This document shows positions 61,528 through 64,000 of a stretch of 64,000 nt of DNA, piece by piece. The stretch's first letter is position 1, and each line of letters starts with the position of its first letter. The notes under the pieces were generated by a model, which saw only the letters and a list, made by a program, of their open reading frames with translations, searched no databases and was not told the origin of the DNA. Made by a program: the position numbers and the translations under genes. Origin of the DNA: Pocillopora damicornis (lineage: Eukaryota); the NCBI RefSeq assembly GCF_003704095.1, contig NW_020845603.1, forward strand, positions 1-64,000, given 5' to 3'.

Positions 61528-61722
61528 GTTGCATAACTACTACTCCCGAGTCGATGAACACAGCGTAAAGCAAGGAAAATTGGCGCGAAAAATTAGATCA
61601 TTACGACAAAACAATCCTTCCTATTGGTCACTTTCTTATGTGGATGTCTAAACCAATTAGTACCTGTGTTCTATTAAAATTCCCTTGTAAAGCCGCTGTC
61701 CAGAACATTTGGTGTAAACAAT
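61528..61722. promoter_or_regulatory. Bidirectional promoter between SELENOH and TBCE
   Basis: Only 195 bp between the divergent ATGs; CCAAT boxes on both strands (attgg ~61623, ccaat ~61653) and E2F-like ttggcgcgaaaa ~61580. Confidence 0.6.
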
Positions 61723-63816
61723 ATGGCAGATGAAGTTGTAGGTAAAAGAGTGATCTGCGAGGGATTTCGCGGAGTAATAAAATATGTCGGGGAAGTTCCT
61801 CCTACCTCAGGTAAGTGGGCAGATTATTTGTTCAATTCGATCAACAATGAGATAAAAGAATGCCTATGTGCGCTCAAATCCACTGATACCTGTCATAGAG
61901 ATACCGAAAATTACGATAGCGTATTTTCAGTGCTTGTTGAATGTTTGAATTGATTTACGTATTCATGTATGTTAAACACGCAGAAATTTAGTGACGAAAT
62001 GACAAACATATACTATTGATCCCAGATATTCATTACATGTTTCTACAATAAATGAATATAAGGAATAGCTAAAGTAAGAAAAAAACTTTTACCAGCGTAC
62101 ATATATAAGAAGTATCAAAACACAATAAAGGGGTAAGTGCACTGAGTTACTCGGATACTGACATTGATCCAAATTTGTTTAGAAGAGTCCTGATCAGGTT
62201 GCTAGCCAGCAGAGAAGGGTGAAATTTGTGGTGGTCCGCCATCTAGAAGGCAAATTGTACTTAAAGGGCAATGACGGTTTGGGATAAAAACTTTTGCGTA
62301 CTCTATGGTACAGTGCAGACTGGCTGCTTTGTCTATGAGAGGTGAAAAATTGATGCCAACTCTGATTCCTTGGTTTTGAACTGGTCTTTTAGTTGGAAGA
62401 AAATGTTACATGTGTTTCAGGCAAATTCATCACAGTGTATAGAAAAACTTACTAAGTTATCCTAAAGAAAGACTCCTTAAGTTCATATAATCAAAACATG
62501 GAATTCATTATATTTTTTAGGTGAGTGGTATGGTATTGAATGGGATGATCCGGATAGAGGCAAACATGATGGAACACATGAAGGGGTGAAATATTTTGAA
62601 TGCAGGTAATATTTGACTTTCACTCTAGATCATTAAGCACAAGGCTACCGCATCTCCTCATGAAAGAGTGATTGGCCTGCAATAGTTCAGCTTGATCTCT
62701 AGGGAGTGTAGCAATACTCTTGGTCATTACAGTTTGTGAATATGTAGCCCTAATTAAAGAAGACAGAATTTAATTCTAAGCTTGACTGATTGACTTAGTC
62801 AATCAGTTATGAATGTTTAATTTTCAAGTGTCTGTGGCCTAATGATTTTGTTGCCCTCCATCAGTCTGATGACCATGGAAGAGAATACTAGTTGTCTGCT
62901 CTATTGGAGTAGCTCTATTTGTGACTGAACAGGCCGATGTGCTATTGGAACTGTTCTTTCTTGTGGGTCCTCTTCTCTTCCCCTGTGGTGATCAGTCTTT
63001 TCTCTCAACATATGATTACAGGCATCCAAAGAGTGGCTCCTTTGTCAGACCAAAGAAAGTAGACTTTGGTATCAGCATCATAGATGCTCTAAAGGAACAG
63101 TATGGGCTGGGTGGGAATGGAATCAACCCAGAGGACATGTATGTCATAAGCGGTAAGAACAAGAAAAAGCCTGTAGAGATGGTTGGCGCAGATTCTATTC
63201 AGGAAAAACAAAGGTACTCATTGTTATTTGTAGAAGACAGGCTCTGTGTGAGTTGTGGAAAATTAACAATTGTATCATTTTCTAGGCCTGGAAAGTTACA
63301 GAGTTTGTGTGAAAGTCAAGAAATGAATGGGGAAGTGATGGAAAATGATTTTTGTGGGAACAACACAGAGAGGAAGAGGTTGCTTGAATAACCACTTTCA
63401 GGTCCCTTTGAAACCAATCTGAATCATAGATTAAGGAGAGAATTGTGAATTAAAGCCCTTTTACAAGTCATACAATGTGATGGAGTCTTCTTTGTGGAAA
63501 AGAGTATTTACTCCTGATTTCTAACAGAAACAAATGCCCCATAATATACTTCTGAACTACAATTTATTTCTCTTAACCAATTTTACTTCATCTTTTTCAA
63601 GTCAAAACATCCAAAGTATACAAAACCAGTTCTTCTCCTGTAGCATTTGTTAACAATTAACCAGCATATTGATCCTCTGCGATTACAACGATTTATTGAG
63701 GTCATGATACTGGGATTTAATCTTCAGCAACTACAAGGAACTAACAGTGGTTAGTCTACGAGGAATGGAAGTTAGTGGACCAGATAAAGAGAGTGAATTT
63801 TACACAATAGCACCAC
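61723..63816 (+). CDS. TBCE: Tubulin-specific chaperone E (CAP-Gly then LRR), 5' part; exons 61723-61810, 62521-62605, 63022-63213, 63728-63816; continues beyond window
   Basis: VGKRV...[11 protein letters not shown]|[28 protein letters not shown]|[16 protein letters not shown]...KKPVEMVG, the TBCE-type CAP-Gly region. Confidence 0.9.
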
Positions 63817-64000
63817 GTATCCTGAATTTAAATTAGTAGCTGTAACTGGAAACACTAGCAAAATATAAGAAAACAATACAAATATATAATTTTTTTCTGT
63901 GCAAAATTAATGTAATTATTGTGACATAGTAATTCCTCTTAGTCTGTGATGTTTGTGGGAGGATCTCTGCTCTTTTTCATGAGGTAGGAATGATAAGCTT

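Overview
Eukaryotic (metazoan) genomic DNA with spliceosomal introns and five N-gaps. The gene content and repeats suggest a cnidarian, probably a stony coral (inference). Genes in order: carbohydrate sulfotransferase (+, 5' end outside the window), SRRM2/Cwc21 (+, 8 exons), AGPAT5 (+, part lost in a gap), RNF146 (-), an uncharacterised intronless gene A (+), an intronless class A GPCR (-), paralogous gene B (-), MAK/CILK1 ciliary kinase (-, 12 exons), two small 2-TM paralogs (divergent), a C2-less copine/vWA gene (+), selenoprotein H (-; in-frame UGA plus SECIS, missed by the ORF track) and TBCE (+, runs off the window). Non-coding DNA holds about 20 copies of a TTAA-flanked piggyBac-type MITE, other MITEs, Penelope-like remnants with hammerhead ribozyme cores, a Helitron-like insert and a minisatellite. 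The best candidate for an undescribed system is genes A and B. Both are ~270-295 aa, low-complexity proteins whose conserved C-terminus matches the protein kinase A inhibitor (PKI) pseudosubstrate (Phe at P-11, RR-x-G/A-hydrophobic) followed by a CRM1-type NES pattern. Both also carry two LPPI motifs. They converge on an atypical GPCR next to a ciliary kinase, and gene B has an RFX X-box-like site upstream. All exon boundaries and alignments were read by eye.
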